From NCBI GenBank assembly GCA_026770705.1, contig JANJGN010000003.1:204476001-204540000 (forward strand): 64,000 nt of DNA, read 5' to 3'. The position numbers and the translations under genes are program-made. Positions 50,395 to 63,557 of the stretch are shown in pieces. Position 1 is the stretch's first letter. Each line of letters begins with the position of its first letter. The notes beneath the pieces are model-generated. The model saw only the letters and a program-made list of their open reading frames with translations, was not told where the DNA came from and did not search any database. The stretch is from Isurus oxyrinchus. Taxonomy: Eukaryota.

Positions 50395-52128
50395 AAATTG
50401 AATTCAGAATTTCTTTATTTTCCTAACCTTACTGCTACGCCTGGGTGCAGCCCTGACATCCACAGCAGAGGTGGAGGCTGCCTGCTGACCGCTACATCCT
50501 TATGTCTGTGATGACCTTGGTGTATGTGCTGTGGTGGCCAGGCCTTGGTCTGATAAGGATCTCCTGCTCAGGGGCAGATGCACCCTCCTTGGCCTGAGCA
50601 GCTGGGGTGGATGAGGTCACAGGCAGAGGGGAATCAGAATGGCACAACACCATTGGAGTGTCCTGAGAGGAGGTCCAGAGGGGGTGCGGTTCCAGCTGAC
50701 GTCCATCCTCCTTGTGGGTGCCCGAGAGCTCCTCCTTGACTCCTCGAGGAGATGGTCAAGCTGCCTCATCCACCTCTCACCTATACCTGGATGGTGCCCA
50801 GCAGGGTATGTGGTCATGGAGTCCAGGCCCGAGCGCAATCCAGCTCAATCTGCTGGATCAAGGTGTCAATGGCGGTTGCCAACTTTTCCATGGCGACCTC
50901 GAGGCGCCGGCATGTCAGAGCCACAACATCAGACAGAACACAAATGAACTCCTCCATCCTTTGCTCTCGTCTGTTGAGTTACTGCTGAATCTCTGCCTAA
51001 TGTTCCGCCACAGTCTGTTTTGTCTCCAGTGTTGTGTTGGCAGCTGCTCGTCAGAGGCTCAACATCTGACTCGGATTGAACAGGGGGCTGATCTCCAGCA
51101 GCTGTCCGAGTGCCGGAGGCCTAGTCTGCCCCTGCCTCCAACTGCTGCAGGGATGTGTCAGTGATGTGTTCTTCAGTAGGTGAGCCCAAGTCTAATCTAT
51201 AACTATGCCCCACCAAGGTGTGTGTCTCTGCGCTGGTGGAGGGTGTGGGTGCGTGCAGTGATGGTTCTTTCTCAGCTTCCTCTTTGGACATGGTCTGGGT
51301 GCTGGGACTTTTGACTGGCATCTTTGTGGGCCTCAATCTGCCTAAAAGATAGAGAATAGAGTTTCAGTTAATAAGCATGAGGAAGACAATTCTGCATGTC
51401 ACTCACTGTGATTGTCAGGATGTGATGAACTGAAGGAGGTGTGATCCATACAAGATTGCTGGGACAGTCCAACCTCCCCTTCCCCACTGGGGTGATCCCT
51501 GTCCTCCCCAGTGATCTCAGTGGCATCCTCCTCGAATTGTGTGAGGCCAATGATGTCGGCCACCCCCAGTATGCAATCTGTTCCGTCTGTTGTGGGCAAG
51601 CTTGCCCTGGATGAAGACACAAGAAAGGCATGTGCTGAGAAGGGGTAGAGCAGAGTTTAGGAAAGATGCATGCCCCCTGTGTGTGGTGAGTCCTCCCAAG
51701 AAGGGGCTGAGGGTGGAGTGTCCACAGCATAATCGATTGGATAGTGGTGATGTGAAAGTTTCCATGAGACAATCAGTGGTGATATGTGTCTCCTGCTAAT
51801 GGTTGTGTGAGATCCCTGAAGAGAGTAGCCCTTTAAGTGCATGATGCCATGGTGAGAGTTTCATATTGCAGGGGGAGCTGAAGGATGACTTACCCTGGCA
51901 GAGTGGATGAGATCATTCATCCTCTTCCTGCACTGGACAGCCTTCCGGGCACAGTTGCCAGTGCTGTGCCCTGCGATGGTCTCCCAAGCCAGAGAGGTGA
52001 GGCTGCCTGTACTTCCTGAACCCATCCCTAGGATACAGGACATCCCTGTGCGCCTGCACTTTGATCAAGTCCTTGGGAACCTGATGGGTGAAGCAGGGTG
52101 CAACCTTCTTCTTCTGGCTTGACAACAT
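50395..52128 (-). pseudogene. Harbinger Myb/SANT gene, 3 exons
   Basis: MLSSQKKKVAPCF; AWETIA...RKAVQCRKRMNDLIHSAR then GTAAG donor (51893); acceptors near 51606 and 51341; exon 2 GKLAHNRRNRLHTGGG. Confidence 0.85.
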
Positions 52129-52477
52129 CTCTGTGCATGTCCTGGAGACAGGTGGGGTGGAGAAAGTGAGATGACTGTGTTTAGGTGGTGTTTAAATATG
52201 TCAGCCGGATTTTTGACCCCACCAGCTAATGGTGGACGGACCAATCAGCTCCTGACCCACCGGGTGATTCAGTCCAATACTTGCCTGTGCATAATTAGTT
52301 TCCAAGCGTGGAATCGGGCGCGGGTTCCCACCATTCCATGCAGCGGAGTAGATGCCGCCAATCCCGCCCACCACTGCACTTAGTCTCAAAAATGGAAAAT
52401 TCCACTCAATGTCTTTGAAGTGATGCACTTTAGTCTCACCCAGATGGGTAGGTACTTTATAATATTACACATACAAT

Positions 52478-52661
52478 AATATAAAAGCAAAATACTGCAG
52501 ATGTTGGAAATCTGAAATCAAAACAGGGAATGCTGGAAAGACTCAGCAGATCTGGCAGCAACTGTGCTCTGAAGAGGTCAAATGGACTTAAAACGTTAAC
52601 TCTGTTTCTCTCTCCACAGATGTTGCCAGACCTATTGAGTTTTTCCAGAATTTCCTGTTTT
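52478..52661. mobile_element. Older fold-back Penelope-end insertion with a CUGAAGA hammerhead relic
   Basis: Inverted arms; 15-bp TSD tattacacata(c/t)aat at 52463-52477 and 52662-52676. Confidence 0.85.
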
Positions 52662-53582
52662 TATTACACATATAATGTCTTGTCTTGGGATTCAAATTGG
52701 AAAATGATCTTGGAATGCTGCATTTTCTTTGTTTATCCTCTAGGATAATGATTCCTTAACTTATTAAATCCTTCCTGCATGACCATATTCCTAGATCCTT
52801 GGATTTCCAATGGGCTTTTATGAAAAACCCAGATCTTACAGGAAATGTAGCGGTAATATAAATAGACTATCAAAAACATCTAACATCATACTGTTCCTTA
52901 ATCTATAATACTAATATTCCATTTTAAGCCTTGTTCTTCAGGCTACCCATGACAATGCTCAGTCTTTAGTTCAACTTGTGTCACTTAGATATTGAGGGCC
53001 ATGGATCTTAGTGCACTCAGAGCTGCCATGTGCTATGTGGCAACTGGTCTAGAGCTTGTTTCCTTCTCTCTTCAACTCTTATAGAATCCTAAGTTCCTCC
53101 CCTCCCCCCTTCAGCTGAGAGAGGTTTTTTTTCTGTTGATCTAAAACAAGATATAACTTTATTACCTACAGTATGGGCATCATTGCATCATTATAATTTC
53201 CAGTGCTTTGTTGAATAATATCACCAGCAATGCAGAATTCACTCTTAGTTCCCACAAATTAAAAACTCCCAAGCCTAATGCTTCAAGTGCATACATATCA
53301 CTCATTTAGTGACAATTGTATTGGAACAGTAGATGATATTTTCCATTTTCCAGTGGACAGATTGCATAACATTGGGCTGCATAACTACTGGCCAATAAAG
53401 ACCTCTGAAAAGGGCAAAAGGCACTTGTCAGAACTCTTTAAGTCCAAAAGACTAAAGAAATGCAGAGATAACAGAAACATTATTTAACTTTTAAATAAAG
53501 TATTGAAACTGAAGGAAATATCTATTCTCAATGAAATGCACCTATTTCAATTTGTGATACATCGAATAATACTACTGAAAGA

Positions 53583-53586
53583 ATAT

Positions 53587-53627
<41 letters not shown>

Positions 53628-53628
53628 T
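53583..53628. repeat. (TA)n microsatellite
   Basis: Direct reading. Confidence 0.95.
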
Positions 53629-54188
53629 CCGAATGTGAAATACGTGCTGCTAGGAATGAAAGATTTTTTTGTTCTCACAACTTTATCTCATCTAAACTTC
53701 ACTAAATATTAATTGAATTTGTTTAATTGAGATTTAAATGGATGTTATTATCCATTTGTGCTTCATTAATGGCAATTTTTGCTTGCTTTATAAATCTTCC
53801 CAGAGGCAATATTTTGTCAGTTCACTTTTATTGGCCATTGCCTTCTCACTGCTGCTGCCAGTAACTTTGGAAAATAAGCAGTGAACTTGTGGAATGGACA
53901 TTTGCAGCTCTGGGTCAGCCCACATCCTTGCCAAGATGTTTTCCATCTTTTTCATATTTGCTCCCATTTCCCTCCTTTCTAGATGCCAATGATTCATGCT
54001 GAGGTGTGAATCTATGACTAGTGACACTCCTCCAGTACTCATTCTGTATGGGTGAACCTGCAAAGTAAAGGAAGGTGGCCTATTTAAATGCAGTGACCAA
54101 CCTAGCCAAGCCTAATGACCACACAATGTGGAGGAGGTTACTAGATACTAAATGCTTACAACTTAAGTAATCTTTCTGCATAAGCAAT

Positions 54189-54938
54189 GGTCTGGACTTT
54201 GTGGTCAGTGGTGAAGTGATGGTACTCACTGCTGACTTTGAAGAAAGCTGCCCACAAAGGTCTATAACAATCTCTGTGGTGTGGATTTCACCTTTTCCTA
54301 TATTAATTTGATCCTGGTGTCATGTCAGGGGAACCTCCTGGAGACCTGTTAATAGTGATGTTACCATGCAGGGTAAGTAGCCAATCACAATGAAGTATTC
54401 TTACAGACAGCACATGAAGAAGTAAAACACACTGATTATTCTTTGCTTCTTATAATTTTTTTTTGGATGGTGAAATAAAGATTGGGACATACCCAAGTAA
54501 CTGAAGAGCCATAAGCAAACTTAAAAAAACTAGTTTTTATTAAATTAAAGCCTATGTATTTTTTTTACAAGATTGGAGAAGTTTGATCTTATGCAAATAT
54601 AAAATTTGTTTTCCAAGGCTGTCGGTTGTTATGATTTAGTGGCTTCAGTAAAAATCCAGTTATACCACATCAACAAAGATGAATGCTTTTAGGGGTTTTT
54701 AATGATATTACAGTGTACTAGGGGAGGGTTCTCATCAGTTCAGTGATTTTGAAAGATTACCATCCAGAGAGACTTCAACAGTGCACCTTGCAGAGGAGAA
54801 GGGAATCACTGACAGCAACTTCCTGATTTCCGCATTTGACTGTGCCTGTATGGACACCAGAAATTGCTATCAGTTTCACAAGGTAATGACAATGAATGCC
54901 AACAATTTTGCCATCATTGCAACCACAATATGTAGGCC
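54189..54938. mobile_element. Old MITE
   Basis: ggtctggactttgtgg / ccacaatatgtaggcc imperfect TIR with extended arm complementarity. Confidence 0.55.
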
Positions 54939-55198
54939 ATGAGTGAGTGGGCAATATATAAGATGAACTCTCCGGGGAGACGTTGAAAGCAGTTTGTATT
55001 GATTAATTCAGGTTCAAACTAGATAGGGCTCTTTTAGAAAATAACATTTTGAGTTACAGTATATGAGTGTTTTGAGACATGACATTTAAGAACCGCAGCA
55101 TGTTTAGGAGGAAGAAGGTGACTTTGTACCTTTAGTTCCAGAAGCTCTCAACAACTAGGGTTTTCCTTGTGTCATTTCTGAGTACATGTAGAGTAGTT

Positions 55199-55335
55199 GG
55201 CTGGGATTTTCCAGTCCCGCCCACAGTGGGAATCAGTGCGGGCAGGACCAGAAAATTTGGAGAGCAACCAAAAGCCTGTTGACTTTGGGCAGGAATTTCT
55301 GGTTCCATCACTGGTGGGATTGGAAAATCCCGTCC
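55199..55335. mobile_element. Short MITE
   Basis: ggctgggattttcca / tggaaaatcccgtcc. Confidence 0.75.
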
Positions 55336-57887
55336 TTTGATAAAGATTGATTGCAATAATTAGTCCACAACATTGTATCATGTAACTACAAGGATGGTGG
55401 AAGACAAGCGAGGTAGTCCTTGGTCCTGTTTTGGCCATTATTTCTTCTGTTCCTTTCAGCAAAAATCCTAGGCAATTCTGAGGTCCTACTGTAGAAATTA
55501 ATTGTTGTCTGACTGAGATAAATTCTCTCAGCAGAGATTAAACCAGGAATCTTCCGATTGTTATCTAGTTCAATTATGGATACAGTAGTATATTTACCCA
55601 ATGCACCATTCACAAGACTGGGAGCCTCTTTTTAATCAGCCTAAGTTGCATTTTTTGAATTCAGATAGTTCATCCGTTAAAGTAGTTATTCATTGTTAAA
55701 AGTAATGGGGTGTACAATGCAATACTCAAAGAGTTTGCTACTAATCTTTTTGTTCCTTTGCTAAGATTTAGAGCAGGATATGCAGTAATACGTTTTATAA
55801 CAGTATTTTTCTCCTGTGCTACAAGACTCTCCCATGGTGGAATGGCAGACAGCTAGTTGTTAAGTTCTAAATGTCAGCATTTTTTTCAGTGACATGCTGA
55901 GTAGATGTGAGGTGCTTTCTTATCCAGAGGGAGGGAAAATCAAAGTAAGTGCCATCCAATGACACACTCAAGCCCTTTTTATAGTGCCAAGTTACAGGGC
56001 AGCAAGGCTAGAGATCATCTGCTGTTTTCTAAACCCATTGTGGGACAGTGTTTGGAACAAGAGCTGGGTTGAGAAAATGTGGAAAAGATGCACCACAACC
56101 CAACAAAGACAAAAATGACTATAATTCTGTTTCATTCTACACATTTATATCTAGTGAAAAAAGACTCCATTAAACTTGTCCCTATTCTGCTTCACGTATG
56201 CACATTGATATTCAGAACATTGATGCTTTAATTACGAGCATTTTTGTTGTAGATCAAAGTGTTCTTTTCTACATGTCTAAATGTATGAGGTATCCCATTA
56301 GCTGTTCTGTGAAGCATGCTACAGGTTTTTTCATGTGGCCTTAAGGTAAGACCAAAACTGGATGATGCGATCTGTTGATAGATCAAATAATTAATGGCTT
56401 TGACAGGCAGAATAGTTATGGTGGAAGCGTTCTTTCAAGGCCCACTACCGCCTCCTGAGGGCAATTAGCAATGAGCAATAAATGCAGCCTTGGCAGAATT
56501 GTCAGCTAGTTTGAGAGCACCTTTGAAGAAAAAAATGTTATCCTATTAACAGTGCAGTAAATGGTTATAAGATAATATCTTTTGATTGTGAGATCTGCAT
56601 TTGATTCCAATACTTGCCCTGGGTGCATTTGTTCTGAGTTTCTTCAGCTTTGCAATGCTAACTTCCAAGTCACAAAGCTGAAGAAAAAAGGGACAGAGAC
56701 CAGTGATCCCAGGTGCTTTGCTCCCTTCGCCTTTCCCTTGATCTTCCAGGGATTCTCCTGAGGGGGATTGTCTACATTTGGAGCAAGGAATGAAACAGTG
56801 CACAACTGAAGCAGTTAATGACATCGCCATGGCTCCTGCCTCAGTTTCTTGGGTCACGATTTGCCAGCCACGCCAAACAAAATGTTCCCCAGCAGCAACC
56901 TGACTTCACTGCTTGTATCCGGCCCCCTTCAGATCAGGTGATCTGAAAGAGGCAGGTAGCAATTACATGAAAGACCCAAAAACTTTAGTACAATTTTATC
57001 TCAGGGAATTTGGGAAGACTACTGGGTTTTCTTGCTGCTGTTTGTGAATATTTTACTACTCAACGTTTTACTTCAATAATTCTTTTTCTCAAAATCCTTA
57101 AATATTCGATCCATCAACTTATCAGCAGTCACCCACCAAACCATGCAATACACCACATTACCCCTCAGTTTGTCAGTCCCTTAAACTGTTCCTCCCTCGC
57201 TCGCTCCCTCCATCCTTCTTCCCTCCCTTCCTTCCTTCCTCCCTTTCTCTCTCCCCACCTGATTTGTGCAGTCTATTAGACACAAAGTTCTTGAGCAGCT
57301 GGACTATTTTGTGTCAGAGGCGCGTTTTCCGGCACGATTTTACTAGAGCCAATTAACAGGCTACCTCCATGTTCACCATCCAATTAGGGGAGGCAGATGG
57401 GAGACCTGGCCAGTAGTGGATTGAGAGCTCTATATTTAAGGGGATCTCAGTGCTTGTATAGTGTACCCTCACCCCCACCACCCCACCTCGTGATGACTGA
57501 CTCAGTCAAAAATGACCATCACTGCTTCACACATCTGCTCCCTTGGCTTTCTCACTATTCTCAGAGTAGTAAATTATTCATAGATGATCATTTGTTTTGA
57601 GCTCTTTTACTTTGCCTCAGGCTTCTAGCTGATGAATACTGAAGTTAACTCTACTTGGAGTATTAGTACCGAGGGAGACAATGGTGTGCAATATTTCTTC
57701 TTGTATATATTGGATTATTTATTATACTATCTCAGGTTCGCCCTCAGATTCCATTTGGTTTACATCTCTTCACCTACCTTCTTAATGTTGTACCACTACA
57801 ATACTAAATTACTGTTATGTTTTGTATTTCCCGTTATACTTTTTATAGGTTCGTTTTTTAACTTTCATCCAGCCCATAAGACAACAG

Positions 57888-58292
57888 GTTAGGGTCTCTT
57901 TACTCCAGAAAGGAAAGGTTAATGATGACCTGGTAAAAATCTAAGATTCTGAAGGTGTTTGACAGGGTAGACATAGAAAAGATGTTTCCATTTGTCAGAA
58001 GATCAAAACTGGAGGCCATATATCTAAGATGGTGACTAGTAAACCCAATAGGGAATTTAGGGAATATGTCTTTACTCAGAGAGTGATTGGAATATGGAGC
58101 TTGCTACCACATTGAAGTGAATAGTGTAGATGTATTTAAGGGAAAGCTAGGGAGGTACATGGGGGAGAAAGGAATTGAAGGATGTGTCAATACTGTTAGA
58201 TGTAGTAAGATGGGACCAGGCTCCTTTCGAGCATAAATGGACTGATTGGGCTGTAATTTTCCATTAATTTCTATGCAATTTTGTATGATTCT
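57888..58292 (+). mobile_element. CR1 3' fragment
   Basis: KGV.DRVDIEKMFP; FTQRVIGIW; tail gtatgattct. Confidence 0.75.
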
Positions 58293-59355
58293 GAAAACAC
58301 CAATTTCACTCTCATTTGGGTCAGTTTTGAATTTTGGGCATATTTACAGCGATGGATTTTGAGGCATCAGGCTGGTGAGTTGTGGAATGTCAAATGGGAA
58401 TTCAGATAAAACTCAATGAATTGAGATCTCTTAGTATTGGGCTGCTCCAGTCTCTAGCATGGGAGGGGGTGGGTGCACCATGATCATTGAGAGCTGGCAT
58501 TCCAATGCACAAATGGCCCGTCATTATTTTTGTAGGGATCTGAAGGACCATCCCCGCCTTACCATCCCAAAAAAATAATTCCAAACTTACTTTAGTTGGG
58601 TCTCATTGATGCTATCCAGGATGCACGGTGCACATTCTGACCAGTTTCAACCAAAAATGATAAACGGGGCCCTGAAAAATTGCTTACAACATTAGACAGG
58701 CAAGAGCTACAGGCACCCAATGGTAGGCTGCCTTCAAAATATCACTGGTTTATTCATCAGTGTAAAAAGGAACTCTTTCTCTCTTCAAACTATTTGTGAA
58801 CTTATTCAAACTGTAGCTTTGTTTATCAAATACGCAGAGGAAACTGGTCATTCTGCTACCCTGTTGTTAAGATTGTTAAGTCGCTGCACTTAATTTTGTG
58901 AGAGAATTTGCTAGATGACTAAACAGCTTAATATCTCCCCACTGTAAAAAGCCAGTTTTTGGATGTTAAACCTGCAATTATATTTCTTAAAGATTTATAA
59001 ACATTTGCACATCAATGTTGCGATGAGGCCGAATCAACTAGAACAAAGCACGAGCATTTGGTTAGAAATGTGGACACTGTTAGCCCGCCATACAAAATTG
59101 TTTTAAACTATAAGAAATCTATTTCCTTGGATTATAATCAGCTTGAAAATAAGTCCGAATTAAGCAAACTACAATGTTTGTAACCTGGACCATAGCTTAG
59201 TCCTGCCATACTGCATAGGCTGCACATTCTCTCCTCCAACTTTAATCACATTGTGCTTAAACACAAAAGCAAATTTTAGGAATCACAGATAATAAACCAC
59301 TAACTCATAGACACTTTGAAATAACTGTTAGAACTATAATGATTATAACATGACA

Positions 59356-60115
59356 GGGCAAATTTCATTCACATCTGCATTAAAACGTCACATTTGGTTT
59401 GTAGTTTGATACCAATTAAGGACACTTGGGGCCTGCGAAGGCTTTGAGAGAGCAGCACTGTTACTTATGAGGGAATGGGGAGGATGCAGGGGAAGGTCGA
59501 AAATAGCTGAAGAACCTGTCAAGGCCGGGAATGCAGAACTTAATGGCAGAAACTCGCTATCATTATTTGGATCCACTTCCTACCTGGCAGCTGACCAAAT
59601 GGACAGTGGGTGAGAAGGAAAACCAACAGCAGGTGGTCGCTGCCAGGAATCTATGGGGATGGTGCCTTGCAATCGGAAAGACAGTGGTTGGCCTTTTCAA
59701 CAGGGGAGGAATGAGAGAACATCATGCGGAGGGGTTGTTGGTGGAGCTTAGTGACCAGAAGGGGAAGAGAGGAAGCATTCTTGCTTCTCCTATTCCACAG
59801 GAGTGCTGGAAAAGTTACCTTGTGGAGCTGGCACCTCTTACCCCTCTTTCACTGCCACATTTTTCAGTTCCAGGGAAACCACAGCTGAAGATGTTATTTT
59901 AAATTGGGATCCCAATGTACTTTGGAAGCCCAATTTGAATATGTTATTAATGTATCCGGCCTCTCCACGGTTGGACACAAGGAAGCCATGAAACTCTCTT
60001 CACAATGGAAATGTATGTGTCCGTAGTTTAAAAGGATTGGGCTTTGTGCATTTGATGGTTTAACCATCTTGCCAATCCGCTCCTGCTCATCATGGCATGG
60101 ATTAATATCAAGGCC
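59356..60115. mobile_element. Probable old MITE
   Basis: gggcaaatttc...aatatcaaggcc; ccaattaagg subterminal motif. Confidence 0.4.
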
Positions 60116-60249
60116 AATATCTCAGACCCAGATGCTGGAGTTTGAGGACTCAACGTCAGAATATTTGGGGCTGAATTTGGACTTTAGATGTAAATCAATT
60201 CTAATTTGTTTTGCAATGGTTTAACATCTGCCTAAATCATTCGTGTAAA

Positions 60250-60470
60250 TAGAATCATAGAATTATGCAGCACAGAAGGATACCATTCAGCCCATCATGC
60301 CTGTGTTAGCGCTTGAAAAGAAAGAGTCAACTATTCCATTTCCTCTGCTCTTTGCCAGTAGTTACACAAATTGTTCTTTTTCAAGTATTTATCCAACTGT
60401 CTTTTTAAAGTTACTGTTTCCTCCACTCTTTCAGGAAGTGCATCCCAGATTATAACATCTTGCTTCGTAA
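60250..60470 (-). mobile_element. CR1 3' tail fragment
   Basis: agaatcatagaa...ccattcagcccatcatgcctgtg. Confidence 0.7.
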
Positions 60471-62042
60471 TGTTGTGGTCTAACTTCACTTGCATAATTA
60501 CTCACAACATCCGGTGCAAAATCAGATGGATGTAGGGATGAGACCAATGGTGAGAGAGGAAAATTGCGTGTATTTGTGATTTGATAGGGTGGGGGCAATT
60601 GAAGAAGAGTGTCATAAAGAGGGGTACAACAATTTAGATAGCCCCTGGAGACCATTAAATAGCATCTTGATCCCAGCAATCTTTTCCAAGGTTGAAAGTG
60701 TAGAGAATGAGAAGAGACAGTCCAGAATGAGAGAAAGGGGACCTTGGGATGCAGACGCGTGTCTCAAACAAGTGATTGCACTGACTCGCAACCAGAGTTC
60801 TCTTTGGTTTCTCCTGAATTTGAGATGGCGGTACATGAAATGCTCCTCCTAGGTCAATGCAGAAGAATATGTTGCATTATTGAATCTTCTTATAAAAATG
60901 CATGATATGAAGGCAAGTTGTTGCTGCTATATGGGGAAAATTTTCTTATAATATTCAGGAATTTCTATACGTATCACAGCAGTATTATTTAAAAAGATGA
61001 GTTATGCAACAACAGACAACTCTGCGATACCGACCTTTAGCATTGTGATGCAGGGATGAACAACAAGTTGCTCTGTAAATGCGCAATGTAACTTTTTAAT
61101 GTCCTGTTACAACTCCGTTCAATGGAATGGTAGCTGGTAGTCGTCAGCTGTGGCAGGAGAGGACTTTATTTCACCTCTTTCATTTCAGAATCTGTTTATT
61201 CCCATTGGGTGTCTAATGTGAGAGTTTGGTGGGACTGTGCATGGGAAGGGGAAGAAGTTTGCATCTGATACCTAGCAATATAATGATGCTATATATGATT
61301 TTTGTCCAGATATGATTAAATTAAATAGGGTGGGTTGAGTCTTAGACTAGCTGGGCCAAATGGCCTGGTTCTGCACTGTACATTCTGCGTAATTCCTTGG
61401 CAACAATAGACGCTCATCAAGAGACCCTTTAGACTTAAGTGATACTGGTCTCAATATTACCTTGTGTAAGGTGTAGATGAGAGAATTGATTGGATTTATA
61501 CTGCAAGCTTCAAATAACTCTTCATATGATTGATTTTATACTGCCAAAAATATGCACTATAAATAGAACTGAAGTCACAAATCTTTTCTTTCTTTCTGTG
61601 ATATTCCTTAGGGAATATTTCCAAAGGGAAAACTATTCATTTTGTGAAAATAAAATTGACTGGAATTCATTATCCTACTCTACTGTACAATTGCTGCATT
61701 TCCATTTCGAGTGATAGTTGAAGGATATGTGCTAAAGCACAGAGCCATGAGCTCAAAACATAGGTGAATCTGCTGAACAGAGTGGCTTCCTAAACAAAGC
61801 GGCAGCAGGAATTTGATCAAAATGGGAATTCTGTGCAAGAGGGAAAGGAGGTGCTAAGTAATTTAAACCAAGGGGCAACAAAATGTATAGAAGTACATAA
61901 TTATATTGAATGGGATAAAAATAAAAATAACAAATTAGATAATACACCAGGGATCTGAGCTTCATTAAATAAATTCTGATATGCATAAGCAATAAAACAA
62001 TAAATAGGATTAAGGTGATGCTAAATTTAAAAAAAATATACA

Positions 62043-62651
62043 GGGTAGAATTTTCGGGCCTGTGGGCAGTCGCAGTCGGTGGGCCTGGGAGCAGCCACAG
62101 AACGGACCACCGACCGCTATCGACCCCTGACTGCCATTTCATGTTGCATGGCCAATCAATACCAGCCAGCGTGAAACACGCGCTGATAGGTTCAGCGCTG
62201 TTGGGGTGGGGGCAGAGAGATGCCTCAGGGAGCTGAAGAAGTTAAAACCAATCAATAAAGATTTGAAACCACAGAAAAAAATGCCCACACATCAGATTCA
62301 CTCACATGGAAATGTAGAGGATGAAAATTCTGTCCAAACATTTTTTTTAATTAAAGCGGAAACCTCATCCCACCCTTGGATAAGGTTACATCAAAAAGGC
62401 AAAGTCCGCATGCAGATTTGCCCACCCACCAACTGTAATGCTGGGCAGGCAATGAAAAATCGCCGCCAGTTGCTACTTTCATGGCCTCCTAATTGTCGGC
62501 GGGCGCGCTGCCAACTCTCGAGCACACCCACCGACTGAAATATCGCGCGAGTATGCGATGAAGTTGGGAGGCTCGCCTGACGTCATCGTGTGCTATTTCA
62601 CGCTCGAGCGTGACGGACTCGCGCCCACACGCTGAGCAGAAAATTCTGCCC
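62043..62651. mobile_element. Harbinger-derived MITE
   Basis: gggtagaattttc / gaaaattctgccc; flanks aca/ata; same family as 15149 and 21004. Confidence 0.88.
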
Positions 62652-62699
62652 ATAACATATAAGTAGATAGGCTTTTAAGTAATTTCTTTGCCATAAGGG

Positions 62700-63450
62700 A
62701 ACTCCATGTGTCCTGCATTATCATATGTGCACAAAGTGCTCCGGTTACTTGAACTCAAACTCTGGGTTGCTGAGCTTGAAGGGCAACTGGAGTCACTCAG
62801 CATTTGAAAGGCTGAAAATTTCCTGGAGGTAGTTACCCCTCAGCTACATGAGAGTCCAGAGGAACAGTAAGTGGATGGCTATCTGGCAGGAAAGGGAGAG
62901 ACATTGAGTGCAGTAATCGCCTGGGATTGAGGCACTCTTTAGACGATTTTCAGTACTGCATATTGGTAAGGGTGCTAATACCTCGGGGCACTGCAGCCTA
63001 GAGCAGGTCTACTGCATTGTGGGGCAAATGACTTCATGGGTGGTGGGGGGCACAACAAAGTGTAGAAATACAATGGTCAATGGGAATTCAATGGTCAGGG
63101 GGATAGAGAGGCATTTCTGCTACTGCAGGCATGAGCCTTGCATGGTGTGTTGCCTCCTGGGTGTCATGGTAAAGGACATAATTGAATGGGTTTTTGTGGG
63201 GGCAAGGAAAACAACTAGAAGCCATGGTCCATGTTGAAGCCAATGACACTGGAAGGAAAAGAGTTAAGGCCCTACAGGGAGGGTTTCAGGAGCTGGGGAG
63301 GAAGTTAAAGCACAAGGCCTCAAAGAATTACTCTCAATGGTACTTGCCAATGAGTAAAGGAGCAATAAGATAAGACAGGTTACTGCTTTGAGGGCTTCAG
63401 GTTCCAGAGTCACTGGAACCAGGACTGGAGCACAAGGGACTGCTAACACG
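62700..63450 (+). pseudogene. CR1 ORF1 remnant (zinc finger, coiled coil, SGNH esterase)
   Basis: HMCTKC...ELE; GNSMVRGI (GDS-like), MVCCLLG.MVKDI, VHVEANDTGR. Confidence 0.75.
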
Positions 63451-63557
63451 CTCGTTCCACAAGAGCTAGTGTTGTTAAATTTTTTGGATTTATTACCTGT
63501 ATGTGCTAAATAGATACAGAATTGGACGAGCAGAGACCCAGTACTGTCAAAGTCAAA

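Larger units (their letters stand above)
46260..52407 (+). mobile_element. PIF/Harbinger transposon copy 3 (different family, 6.1 kb)
   Basis: Termini ggcggtaattttcc / ggaaaattccactc; perfect AAT TSD; convergent genes. Confidence 0.82.

Noticed and set aside
56546-56857. ORF with a GCCATGG Kozak context
   Set aside because: No recognisable domain or clear donor; kept only as part of the low-confidence exon finding.
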